This document shows, piece by piece, positions 49,975-59,432 of a stretch of 64,000 nucleotides of DNA; position 1 is the stretch's first letter, and each line of letters opens with the position of its first letter. The stretch is from a virus (lineage: Duplodnaviria > Caudoviricetes). The notes beneath the pieces are model-generated. The model was not told the DNA's origin. It ran no database searches and saw nothing but the letters and a program-made list of their open reading frames with translations. The translations under genes were made by a program, and so were the position numbers. The stretch is from the IMG/VR virus record IMGVR_UViG_3300027672_001612, positions 32,001 through 96,000 of that record. One strand, given 5' to 3'.

Positions 49975-51312
49975 ATGTCATTTAAAACAGATACATTAGC
50001 AGTGAAAGGACCAAAGATAACAGGAACACCAAGCGATACAGCTCACAAGGCTATTGCTACTATTCCTGAATCCAAGCTCACAGATAAAGAAGTTGAAGAT
50101 AGACTTATATCAACTCGTATTAACATGTTACTACAATGTCCGTTCTACGGAAACTTAGCATGTCGTTTAGAATTTAAAGACGCTAGTGAATGGTGTCCAA
50201 CTGCCGCAACAGACGGCAAGTACTTCTACTACAATAAAGATTTTATATCAGCACTAACTATTCCAAACTTAGTTTTCCTTTGGGGACACGAAGTAGAGCA
50301 TTGTGTTTACGATCACTTTGGTAGACGAGGTGACCGTAATCCAATGCTTTGGAACATTGCTAATGACTATGTAGTAAACATGGATTTAGTAGAAGGTAAC
50401 ATTGGTGAGAGAATTACACTAGTTGAGATACTGTTTGATTACAAGTATCGTAACTGGATGAGTGAAGAAGTATATGCTGACTTGTTCAAGCAAATGGAAG
50501 AAGACGGCAAAGATTTTGAAGATGGAACTACACTTGATGTTCACTTAGATATGGAAGATGGTGAAGACGAAGGTAGTGGTCCAGGTATGGAAGGTAACGT
50601 TAATGACGGAACCAAAGGTCCAGTAAGATATACAGAAGACGAAAAACGTAGTATTAAAGAAGCATTTAAGAATGCTACGGTACAGGCGGCACGTTCGGCT
50701 GGCGCTGGTAACTTACCTAGTGGCATTAAACGTCTTGTAGATGATCTAATTAATCCACAACTTAGTTGGAAAGAGTTACTACCACAGCAAATCCAAAGTG
50801 TAATGAGAAGTGACTATAGTTACAATCAGTGTTCACGTAAAGGAATGGACAGTGGCATTTGGTTGCCAGGCATGGACAGAGAAGAGACTATAGATATCGC
50901 AGTTGGTATTGACACATCAGGATCAATGAGCGATGAGATGCTTAGAGATATCCTTAGCGAAACAAAAGGTGTTATGGATCAATACAGCGACTTCCGTATA
51001 CACTTGTTCTGCTTTGATACTGAAGTACATAATCCACAAGTGTTCACTGAGCATAACATGGAAGAGTTTATGGAGTACGAGCCAGGCGGCGGCGGCGGTA
51101 CTGACTTTGATTGTTGTTTCGATTGGTTCAAAGAAGAAGGCATAGTGCCTAAGAAGTTCGTAATGTTTACAGATGGTTACCCTTGGAACAGTTGGGGCGA
51201 TGAGAACTACTGTGATACATTGTTTATTGTGCATGGCGGAGGCTATGGCGGGCAGACACCTGTTGCACCTTTCGGCATAACTGTACCTTACAATAGAGAT
51301 GAAGTAGCATGA
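49975..51312 (+). CDS. Metallopeptidase-like plus vWA domain protein (DUF2201-like), partner of the MoxR ATPase
   Basis: TAATDG, HEVEH zincin motif, DTSGSM MIDAS, GGGGTDF, FTDG. Confidence 0.85.
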   Translation: MSFKTDTLAVKGPKITGTPSDTAHKAIATIPESKLTDKEVEDRLISTRINMLLQCPFYGNLACRLEFKDASEWCPTAATDGKYFYYNKDFISALTIPNLVFLWGHEVEHCVYDHFGRRGDRNPMLWNIANDYVVNMDLVEGNIGERITLVEILFDYKYRNWMSEEVYADLFKQMEEDGKDFEDGTTLDVHLDMEDGEDEGSGPGMEGNVNDGTKGPVRYTEDEKRSIKEAFKNATVQAARSAGAGNLPSGIKRLVDDLINPQLSWKELLPQQIQSVMRSDYSYNQCSRKGMDSGIWLPGMDREETIDIAVGIDTSGSMSDEMLRDILSETKGVMDQYSDFRIHLFCFDTEVHNPQVFTEHNMEEFMEYEPGGGGGTDFDCCFDWFKEEGIVPKKFVMFTDGYPWNSWGDENYCDTLFIVHGGGYGGQTPVAPFGITVPYNRDEVA

Positions 51313-51611
51313 CATCAGTATATAAGTTTACAAAGTTCCATAGGCTAACTCAAGACGAGTTTGTATTATTGAGAGGCACAGAGTTGGCAGAGAAGATGTT
51401 AACTAATAAATGGTTTACTGACTGCAAAGAAGTATTAGATTTATTAGATGCCCACGCCACCGGGACATGGTGTGCTGTACCTTATCAAGATGGTTACCTA
51501 TTATACCTATCAAGTGTCGGAGACATCATACTAGCCAAGCAGTATGTGGAACCAGGATCAGACCCTGCTCCAACAATACAAGGTATAAATATTGGGTATG
51601 AGCATTCCTAA
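51309..51611 (+). CDS. Hypothetical protein
   Basis: ATGA-coupled ORF. Confidence 0.65.
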   Translation: MTSVYKFTKFHRLTQDEFVLLRGTELAEKMLTNKWFTDCKEVLDLLDAHATGTWCAVPYQDGYLLYLSSVGDIILAKQYVEPGSDPAPTIQGINIGYEHS

Positions 51612-52665
51612 ACCAATATGGTCCTGCAACGAGTGGGACACCTTAAAAGAAATTATAATCGGAACGGCAATAGATGCCAACATACCTGATAATGATTTGA
51701 GCCACCATGCTACTAACTATGCTAACTTAACTCCAGAAGAGTATGCACAACTGCCCAAGGGACGATACCCTGAGCATGTATACGAAGAGGCAGAAGAGGA
51801 CTTAGATGCATTAGTTACTGTACTAGAACAAGCAGACGTTAAGGTTCACAGACCTGATACAAGCGTCATAGACTTCGCTAGTACTGTGAGCAATGGCTTA
51901 TGGGAATCAACACAATACGAAGCATACTGTCCACGCGATAGTGTAACTGTTATAGGTGATACTATAATAGAAGGTGCTATGAGTTTACGAGCAAGGTACC
52001 ATGAGACATTCTTGTTCAACAAACTATTCAAAGAGAAGAGTATGCAAGGTGCTAGATGGCTTCCAATGCCTAAGCCCATGCTACAAGATGACTTGTATAA
52101 GTTACAGCCAGGCAGAGACCCAAGTGTAAATAACAACGAGCCTATCTTAGATCCTGCTAACTTGATTAGATGTGGGTACGACATACTGTATTTGATATCT
52201 AATACAGGTAACGAGCAAGGTGCTAAATGGCTACAGAACACACTCGGAGACGCATTTAAAGTTCATATGATGCACGATCTTTATAGCTGGGCTCATGTAG
52301 ACAGTACTATTATGCCGTTACGTCCTGGGCTTGTAGTGTTAAATGCTAGTAGAGTAGACAAGGATAAAGTCCCTGAGCTATTCAAAACATGGGATAAGAT
52401 CTGGTACACAGAAGAGATGTGTGTTGGACAGCCATGCTTAGAAGACTATGCTCCAGCAAGTGAATGGATAGGTATGAACACATTAAGCATTGATCCTAAC
52501 ACGGTTATCGTACCAAGCGAAGAAACGCACTTAATGAGTGCAATGGAGAAGCATGGGATAACTCCAGTTCCAGTACAGATGCGCCATATGAGGACATTAG
52601 CTGGTGGACCGCATTGTGTAAGCACTGATTTAGTGCGAGAAGGCACCCTAGAATCGTATAAATAA
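51598..52665 (+). CDS. Amidinotransferase (glycine/inosamine-phosphate amidinotransferase family)
   Basis: NEWDTLKEIIIG, CPRD, DPAN, HVDST, GGPHC. Confidence 0.9.
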   Translation: MSIPKPIWSCNEWDTLKEIIIGTAIDANIPDNDLSHHATNYANLTPEEYAQLPKGRYPEHVYEEAEEDLDALVTVLEQADVKVHRPDTSVIDFASTVSNGLWESTQYEAYCPRDSVTVIGDTIIEGAMSLRARYHETFLFNKLFKEKSMQGARWLPMPKPMLQDDLYKLQPGRDPSVNNNEPILDPANLIRCGYDILYLISNTGNEQGAKWLQNTLGDAFKVHMMHDLYSWAHVDSTIMPLRPGLVVLNASRVDKDKVPELFKTWDKIWYTEEMCVGQPCLEDYAPASEWIGMNTLSIDPNTVIVPSEETHLMSAMEKHGITPVPVQMRHMRTLAGGPHCVSTDLVREGTLESYK

Positions 52666-52668
52666 CAC

Positions 52669-52697
52669 TTGACATCCACCATGGAATTTGCTATAAT
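52669..52697 (+). promoter_or_regulatory. Sigma70-type early promoter
   Basis: TTGACA-17-TATAAT with TG extension. Confidence 0.85.
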
Positions 52698-52733
52698 AGT
52701 TATATAAAGTAAGAGGTTAAGGGGATATATACA

Positions 52734-53459
52734 GTGGGATTTTTAGTCGTAGGAGACATACATAACGAGATCGAGCAGATGACAGCAGTCGTCGATTTTG
52801 CTACGAGTAAGGACTTGGACTTGATATTTGTTGGCGATTTAGTTGACTATGGTTCTAACCCAGCTGAAGTTATCAAACTTGCTAACTCATTACCCAACGC
52901 ACAATTCATAGAAGGCAATCACGATAACAAAATACATAGGTACACTAAAGGTAACGATGTAGTTATTGGTGAGAACCAGCAAGGTACGGTTGATGCATTA
53001 GAAGACCCTGAAGTATTAACTGCCTGGACTGAATTGTATAACAAAATGACTTCTTTCGTTTCAATTGGAGACACTTTCATTACTCACGCAGGATTTAGTG
53101 GAGAGTTTTGGGAAGGTGTTGATAACAAGAAAGTTAGGAAGACATTTATGTTCGGTGAGATAGATAAGAACTTGCCATTCATAGAAAGATTCGGACAACT
53201 ATACCCACACAGAAGCTACGGCTGGACTGGATCAATACCTAAAGGCAAAACTGTTATAGTCGGACACGATAGAAGTCCATTTCAGGAAGAGCCTGCGTTT
53301 GATTCAAACATAAACAAAGTTGTAGTTAGTGAAAACGAGCAAGGTGGTACTGTGATATTTACAGACACAGGTGCTGGTAAGGGTGGATTTGTTAGTGGAG
53401 TTGTCATAGACGATAGCGGAGTTGTACAAGACTTCGTATCATTTGAAGATGAAGCTTGA
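52734..53459 (+). CDS. Calcineurin-like metallophosphoesterase
   Basis: GDIH, GDLVDYG, GNHD, THAG, GH, DTG. Confidence 0.88.
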   Translation: MGFLVVGDIHNEIEQMTAVVDFATSKDLDLIFVGDLVDYGSNPAEVIKLANSLPNAQFIEGNHDNKIHRYTKGNDVVIGENQQGTVDALEDPEVLTAWTELYNKMTSFVSIGDTFITHAGFSGEFWEGVDNKKVRKTFMFGEIDKNLPFIERFGQLYPHRSYGWTGSIPKGKTVIVGHDRSPFQEEPAFDSNINKVVVSENEQGGTVIFTDTGAGKGGFVSGVVIDDSGVVQDFVSFEDEA

Positions 53460-53658
53460 CCTACATGGCGTCCGTCATGCCGAAGCAGACCTTACGGTCG
53501 AAAACTTTATACTAGTAAATCAAACCAACGTACCATTAACAATAGTTTGTGGTAACAGTAACATAATGATAGACATTGTGAACAAAGTTATAGAGAGAAT
53601 TGGGTGCGAACATACTGTAATGGACCGCTATGGTATCATTGTGGTAAGAAAGGTATAA
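53449..53658 (+). CDS. Small Smr-domain-like protein
   Basis: KLDLHG...A; IVCGNS. Confidence 0.6.
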   Translation: MKLDLHGVRHAEADLTVENFILVNQTNVPLTIVCGNSNIMIDIVNKVIERIGCEHTVMDRYGIIVVRKV

Positions 53659-53748
53659 AAACTAACCAATTAATCGTAATTAAATACTCACTTATCTATA
53701 AATATTGCTGTACAAACATTATTACATACACAAATAGGAGCAGTAAAA

Positions 53749-54063
53749 ATGGCAAAAGCAGAAAGTAAGGTAGCTGAAGAAGTAGTTGAGCAAACAGCAA
53801 CAGCTAACCCAGAAGTAAACGCAGGCGATGAAGCAGTAGTGGAAAGTATTTCACTAGTTGACTTAAACAGCTTGGCACAAATTATTGACCTCGCATCTAC
53901 AAGAGGTGCATTCAGAGGCGGAGAATTAGAACCAGTCGGCGCATTGTTTAATAAATTAACAAAATTCTTAGGATCAGTTAAAGATGCTCAAGATGCCGCA
54001 CAACAGGAAACAGCAGACGGAACTGGCGCAGAAGCACCAGCAGAAGCACCTGCAGGAGAATAA
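53749..54063 (+). CDS. Hypothetical phage protein
   Basis: IIDLASTRGAF motif; late promoter 53697-53704; AGGAG RBS. Confidence 0.75.
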   Translation: MAKAESKVAEEVVEQTATANPEVNAGDEAVVESISLVDLNSLAQIIDLASTRGAFRGGELEPVGALFNKLTKFLGSVKDAQDAAQQETADGTGAEAPAEAPAGE

Positions 54064-54064
54064 C

Positions 54065-54682
54065 ATGGCAACAATGATGAAACACGTCGGAGTATACGGC
54101 GAGAAACCTTGCGTAGTAGTATTTAGAGCACTACCGGAAGAAACAGAATCAGCACTTATTTGTATAAGTGATGGTCTAGAAGGATCACTACATGATGACG
54201 TTATGTCTGTTGTAGATAGTCCTGAAGGTCAGAACTCAAATGAAATCAGTGAAGTATTCTTTAGACGTAGATTAAGCGATGGCGAGAACATGCTTGAAGC
54301 ACTACATGGTAGAAAGAAATTGTTAAAAGTACCAGTCAATATGGTAAAGTTAACTCCACTACCTAACCAACAAGTTGAACTTGCTGAAATTAATAAGCAG
54401 TTAAGTAATATTACAGCAGGTAGTAACCCAGCGTTAAAAACAGAAGCGGCTATGAACCCAATTGCGGAATCGCAAGTGGCTAATGTAAATGCACCTGTTG
54501 AAGCAGACAATAGTCCTGAAGGGATTGCAAAAGGTTTAATTGCACAGTCAGAACTTATTGAAGCAGACGCGAATGCAATGTTGAGTGATGCTCAAGCCAA
54601 ATTGGCACAGGCATACGAAATGGCACCAGAACTGAAGCCTAAAAGAGGCCCAGGTCGTCCGCCAAAAACTGATACAGTATAG
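54065..54682 (+). CDS. Hypothetical protein with a C-terminal AT-hook-like motif
   Basis: AGGAG before ATG 54065; KRGPGRPPK. Confidence 0.7.
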   Translation: MATMMKHVGVYGEKPCVVVFRALPEETESALICISDGLEGSLHDDVMSVVDSPEGQNSNEISEVFFRRRLSDGENMLEALHGRKKLLKVPVNMVKLTPLPNQQVELAEINKQLSNITAGSNPALKTEAAMNPIAESQVANVNAPVEADNSPEGIAKGLIAQSELIEADANAMLSDAQAKLAQAYEMAPELKPKRGPGRPPKTDTV

Positions 54683-54723
54683 TACCAGTTCTAAAACATA
54701 ACTGTAGGGTTAAAGGAGAAAGC

Positions 54724-55050
54724 GTGTCAGCTCACGACATTAAGATATTATTGGTTGCGAAGCATAGTAAGAACAAGAAATTTGAGTCGTTACTCAAGGA
54801 AGTCTTTCCTACGGAGATACCTGTTGAAATGATTGATCAGGTAGTTTTAGAATTTATCGATGGAACACAGGCAAAGCTGGATCATACGGAACTCAAAGAT
54901 CCATTACCGACTGCCCCTAACAAAACTTGGGCGACGATGATCCAGGCTTTTACTAATGTTAAACAGATTACTATTGTAGTCGATGTTAACAACGTAGAAC
55001 AACTGACTAAAAAGAAAGTAGATGATGTACTAGGAAAACACTTTGACTAA
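54724..55050 (+). CDS. Hypothetical protein
   Basis: AAGGAG plus GTG start. Confidence 0.7.
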   Translation: MSAHDIKILLVAKHSKNKKFESLLKEVFPTEIPVEMIDQVVLEFIDGTQAKLDHTELKDPLPTAPNKTWATMIQAFTNVKQITIVVDVNNVEQLTKKKVDDVLGKHFD

Positions 55051-55741
55051 GATAGCAATCACAGGACATACTAGCGGAATAGGACAGGCAGTCCATGACA
55101 TGTCTGACCTTACGTTAGATGGTGTTAATGATGTTAGAGGTTACTCTAAGAGTAACGGCTGGAACATTGCTACCAATGACGGTGATGATATCATAGCAGA
55201 GTTAATTAAGTTTGATCCTGATGTGTTTATAAACAATGCATACTATCCTGGTGTACAAACTAAAATACTGACCACACTATTCGAAGAGTGGAAAGGCAAA
55301 CCAAAAACAATTATTAATATAGGTTCTATTGCAGGGTACCAACCCAATGTAAATGTAGAGCCACAATGGAGTACTTACGGAGACGATAAGTTTGAACAAG
55401 CTCAGTTCATTATCGTTAACAGTTTCAGAGATGGAATTGAACACCAAATACGAATGTTCAACATCAGCTTTAGTTTCGTTAACTCTCCCTTACTGACCAG
55501 ATCAGTAGGCATGGGACTTAATCCAGACCGTATGATAGACACAATGGATGCCGCTGAAATGATCATGGATTGCATGGAAGACAACGGTAAAGGCTATGAT
55601 ATAGTAGAGCAAGTAGTCCAATGTAAAGTAATAACAAGCGAAGAATTAGTACAAAACTTCATGACCGGTAGCAGAAACATGGCAAAACATGTAATCCGAA
55701 GCGACCGAGCTATTAAAAAAGCACTCAAATCAAGCACTTAG
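55043..55741 (+). CDS. Short-chain dehydrogenase/reductase-like protein
   Basis: ITGHTSGIG, INNA, NIGS, YGDDK (YxxxK). Confidence 0.8.
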   Translation: MTKIAITGHTSGIGQAVHDMSDLTLDGVNDVRGYSKSNGWNIATNDGDDIIAELIKFDPDVFINNAYYPGVQTKILTTLFEEWKGKPKTIINIGSIAGYQPNVNVEPQWSTYGDDKFEQAQFIIVNSFRDGIEHQIRMFNISFSFVNSPLLTRSVGMGLNPDRMIDTMDAAEMIMDCMEDNGKGYDIVEQVVQCKVITSEELVQNFMTGSRNMAKHVIRSDRAIKKALKSST

Positions 55742-55777
55742 CACCCTAAAATATACCAAAAAAACTGGTAAAAAAGG

Positions 55778-55806
55778 TTGACTCTGCCCCCGAAACCTAG
55801 TATAAT
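55778..55806 (+). promoter_or_regulatory. Sigma70-type early promoter
   Basis: AAAAGG-TTGACT-17-TATAAT; downstream identical to the 49911 promoter. Confidence 0.85.
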
Positions 55807-55837
55807 AGTTGTATATTAAGCAATAAGGGAAAGCAAT

Positions 55838-56308
55838 ATGTACAACATTTACCAAATCAAACTAAGCGAAGAAGTATACAACTTTGTTAACGGTCCAGAA
55901 GGCGGACACACAAAGACTTCTGAAAAGTACCCAGAGTACAATGCTCATATGGAAGTAATGCATAAAGGTTCAGAAGGATTTACTACTGATATGTTTGAGC
56001 ATTACACTAAGGTATGTGAAGTTGCTAACTTTGAAGGTCCAGTTAATAGCGAATTAGAAGAAGTATTCAAAATCCTAAATGGTTACTACTACAACGAAGA
56101 CACTGACACAGACGAAACGTTTGATGCTTTTGTTAGTGGTTTTACTATGAAGACAGTTACTCGTAAGAGCGGTGAGGTTGTAACTTTTAGAGACATGCAT
56201 TCACTATCAGTAGGCGACATTGTTGAAGACACTTCAACTGGTGAGTTCAACATTGTAGATGGTATGGGCTTTGCACAAATTCAAACTAAATCATTAGAGG
56301 TAGCATAA
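55838..56308 (+). CDS. YodL-like hypothetical protein
   Basis: YNIYQI...HSLSVGDIV...VDGMGF. Confidence 0.6.
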   Translation: MYNIYQIKLSEEVYNFVNGPEGGHTKTSEKYPEYNAHMEVMHKGSEGFTTDMFEHYTKVCEVANFEGPVNSELEEVFKILNGYYYNEDTDTDETFDAFVSGFTMKTVTRKSGEVVTFRDMHSLSVGDIVEDTSTGEFNIVDGMGFAQIQTKSLEVA

Positions 56309-56631
56309 TGTTAACTACAGAAATTCATAACGAAGCGGTAGCGAATGCTCAATTGGCAACTCAGCAGTACATTTTAATTCACGGAGAACATCCTATGAAT
56401 TGTGGATTTGCTTGGGTTGATGCAAGAGTTAAAGGCAATACTAAAATTGGTAAGAGTTTTATTGCTCAAGGCTTTGATAAAAGTTACAACGGTGGTTACA
56501 GTCTTTGGAACCCATCGGGTAATTACACTCAGGACATGAGTGCTAAGGAGTGTGGTGTCAATGCGTATGTGGCTACTGTTATAAAGTATCTTCCAGATAC
56601 TCCAATTTATTCAGGATCGAGGTTAGACTAA
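56308..56631 (+). CDS. Hypothetical phage protein
   Basis: CGFAWV...SRLD pattern. Confidence 0.7.
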   Translation: MLTTEIHNEAVANAQLATQQYILIHGEHPMNCGFAWVDARVKGNTKIGKSFIAQGFDKSYNGGYSLWNPSGNYTQDMSAKECGVNAYVATVIKYLPDTPIYSGSRLD

Positions 56632-56834
56632 TGGTTATTTTTGTAGGTGATTACATTAGATTGCACGGAGCAAATGATTATTATCGTGTGGTAAAGGTAG
56701 TTGATAATTATTCTGTGAAGTTGGATAACGGATTTACCGTTGAAGCCAGCGACAAGTATATAGCAACTGTTCAAAGCGAATTAGAATTTTTAGAAGAGGG
56801 TGGAATTATTCCAGAGGTAGTAGATGGGAACTAA
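56631..56834 (+). CDS. Small hypothetical protein (SH3/KOW-like)
   Basis: TAATG coupling; VGDYIR..RVVKV. Confidence 0.6.
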   Translation: MVIFVGDYIRLHGANDYYRVVKVVDNYSVKLDNGFTVEASDKYIATVQSELEFLEEGGIIPEVVDGN

Positions 56835-57450
56835 GTATATTATAACAGACATCGATGGCGTTGTCTTAGATTGGGAAGAAGGCTTCAGCATTTGGATGGA
56901 GCATCATGGACACGAGAAAGTAGAAGGAGCTCAGTTCATTTACAGCATCGGAGACAGGTACGGCATGAGCAGAAATGCTGGACATAAACTTATTAAGCAA
57001 TTTAATGAGAGTGCCGCAATAGGCTTTTTGCCTCCATTAAGAGATGCCCAATGGTATATTAATTTACTCCATGAGAAACATCGTTACAAGTTTATTGCTT
57101 TAACAAGCCTGAGCCTAGATCCTTATGCGAAATACCTAAGGGAAAGAAACCTCAAGAAGTTAATGGGCGATGCATTTGAAAGAGTTATTTGTTTAGACAC
57201 TGGTGCTGATAAAGATGATGCATTGACAGAGTTGGCAGGATATGCCAAGTACAAAGACTGCTATTGGATTGAAGACAAGCCACTGAATGCAGATGCTGGT
57301 ACTAAAGTAGGCTTTAAATCTATTTTAATGGAACATGGTCATAACATGGATAGCGAAGTATTGAATGCTATCGTTGTTAAAAATTGGGAACATATTTACA
57401 ATATCCTAATTAACGAGACTCAAAACAAACCTATTCAATATATTAGATAA
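56824..57450 (+). CDS. HAD-superfamily hydrolase, 5'(3')-deoxyribonucleotidase-like
   Basis: DIDGVVLD, LTS, K, WIEDK..N. Confidence 0.8.
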   Translation: MGTKYIITDIDGVVLDWEEGFSIWMEHHGHEKVEGAQFIYSIGDRYGMSRNAGHKLIKQFNESAAIGFLPPLRDAQWYINLLHEKHRYKFIALTSLSLDPYAKYLRERNLKKLMGDAFERVICLDTGADKDDALTELAGYAKYKDCYWIEDKPLNADAGTKVGFKSILMEHGHNMDSEVLNAIVVKNWEHIYNILINETQNKPIQYIR

Positions 57451-57460
57451 GGAAACTACT

Positions 57461-58168
57461 ATGCGATTATACACAGGAAAAGAAGTTATTGCTCATGCCG
57501 TTGCTGTTGACAGATACCAAGGGTATAAGTACATCAAATCGCATGAAGCAACAGGCTCTATAAAACCCAACTTCAGCCTATTAATCCATTCGTTAAAGGA
57601 CCCTAAGACTTCAGTAGTTGGTTCCGTTACGGACCAGGACTATGTTACAGCAGACTTAATCGTTGAATACTTCGAAGGATTAGTGTTTAAGGCTATGCAA
57701 CGTGAACTGAGTGAGTATGAGAAGAAGATTACTGATCTTATTAAAGCAGTTGACATCAATCTACGAGGTAGAGATGATAGGCTTCCTATTGTTGGATCGT
57801 TACCTAACGTGTATAGAAACAATACCAAGCATGATGTTTGGGCAGAGGAAGAACAAAGTTTGCGTAAGACATCTGAATATGAAGGTGAGATAAAGACCAG
57901 GTCAGAGTTCAGTGGTGTTGTTAAAATGTCACGTTTTATGAATCGAACTAATAGTTTATTGGTTGCAGTACTCACAGACAAAGGTAACATAGTTAAGTTC
58001 TTTTATGACTTATACAGACGTTCACCTGAATTTGAGCCAAGGACTGCACTAGCAGAAGGCAACACTATAAACTTCGTAGGACATGTTAAAGGACATGACG
58101 TGTCTAAGTACTCTAAATGCAAAGAGACATTTATTAATAGAGTTAATGTTCATACAGATGATAAATAG
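57461..58168 (+). CDS. Hypothetical protein, possible C-terminal OB fold
   Basis: 235 aa; GHVKGH...ETFINRV. Confidence 0.65.
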   Translation: MRLYTGKEVIAHAVAVDRYQGYKYIKSHEATGSIKPNFSLLIHSLKDPKTSVVGSVTDQDYVTADLIVEYFEGLVFKAMQRELSEYEKKITDLIKAVDINLRGRDDRLPIVGSLPNVYRNNTKHDVWAEEEQSLRKTSEYEGEIKTRSEFSGVVKMSRFMNRTNSLLVAVLTDKGNIVKFFYDLYRRSPEFEPRTALAEGNTINFVGHVKGHDVSKYSKCKETFINRVNVHTDDK

Positions 58169-58238
58169 TATTATAACTTAGAACTAGAAACTTTAGGGTT
58201 TCTAGACTGTTAACAATAACAGATCGGAGTATAATATA

Positions 58239-59414
58239 ATGGCAGTCTTTATGAATGCCAAAGGTACTACTAATACAAATTACCAAATAGGTAAGCGTGG
58301 TGGTAAAATCTTTGGTGGAGTAGCAACACCAGTTGCAAATGAAGTTAGTACAGGCGATATTTGGCTAGATAAGTCAAACGAACTTACTAAGATAGCAACC
58401 AAAACTGGTGGTTCAGTTACATGGAACGAAATCCTTACTACAGATGTTGGTGACTTAACGGTCTCCGGTAATCTAACAGTTGAAGGTACGACTACTACTA
58501 TAGATTCTACTACGATAAATGTACAAGAGAGTTTAGTATTTGAAGGCAGTTCAGCTGACGACTATGAAACTACTCTAACAGCAACAAACCCAACAGCAGA
58601 CAGAACTATTACTATGCCAAATGCAAGTGGTACATTACTACTTGGTGGTGCAGTAGCAGTTGATGACTTTGGCGCGGCGGCATACGTTACTCAAGGTGAA
58701 ACTTGGAACAGTGACGACAGCGAATTTGCTACAACAGGTCGAATAGATCAAATGATTACTACTGAAATTGCTAATGCAAGTATTATGCATAGCAGTGGAG
58801 TTGAATCATTTGCTGGTCAAAAGACATTTACAACTGGTATCACAGTAACTGATGCAACTGTAACTGGACTTAAGAGTTCAAGTGTTACAGAAGAAACTAA
58901 CTTGTATTACACTGACGCTAGAGTAGACACTAGAGTTGGTAACCTTAGCACAGATAGTTTACCAGAAGGATCAGGTAAGTTATACTATACTAATCCAAGA
59001 GCAAGAGCGGCAATTAGTGTAACTGATAACTCAACTGCTGGTAACGAACTTTCATACAATAGTTCAACTGGTATTCTTGTTTGGCAAGGCTCTGCTTCAA
59101 GTACTACTAACGTAGACAAAGTTACAGCATTATCATTTGGAGCATTAACAGACTACGGACTGATAAGTGGTAGCACAACACTCACTAGCGATTGGGGTAA
59201 TGTTGCAACAGCAAACGTTACATTTAGTGACTCAGGCTATCTACAAGTCAGCAGTGGCTTACCACAACTACCTAACTATGTAGTATCAAGTTTACCTAGC
59301 TCAGTAAGTGCAGGAGACCTTGCATTGTGTACTGACGAAACGGGTGGAGCTTCTGTTGTATTTAATGATGGAACTAATTGGCGTAGAATGTCTGACAGAG
59401 CTATTGCTAGTTAA
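58239..59414 (+). CDS. Virion or tail fibre-related protein
   Basis: GNLTVEGTTTT, TADRTITMPNASGT, NLYYTDAR repeats, FNDGTNWRR end; late promoter at 58162. Confidence 0.8.
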   Translation: MAVFMNAKGTTNTNYQIGKRGGKIFGGVATPVANEVSTGDIWLDKSNELTKIATKTGGSVTWNEILTTDVGDLTVSGNLTVEGTTTTIDSTTINVQESLVFEGSSADDYETTLTATNPTADRTITMPNASGTLLLGGAVAVDDFGAAAYVTQGETWNSDDSEFATTGRIDQMITTEIANASIMHSSGVESFAGQKTFTTGITVTDATVTGLKSSSVTEETNLYYTDARVDTRVGNLSTDSLPEGSGKLYYTNPRARAAISVTDNSTAGNELSYNSSTGILVWQGSASSTTNVDKVTALSFGALTDYGLISGSTTLTSDWGNVATANVTFSDSGYLQVSSGLPQLPNYVVSSLPSSVSAGDLALCTDETGGASVVFNDGTNWRRMSDRAIAS

Positions 59415-59432
59415 AACTCGTATTAACGGTAG

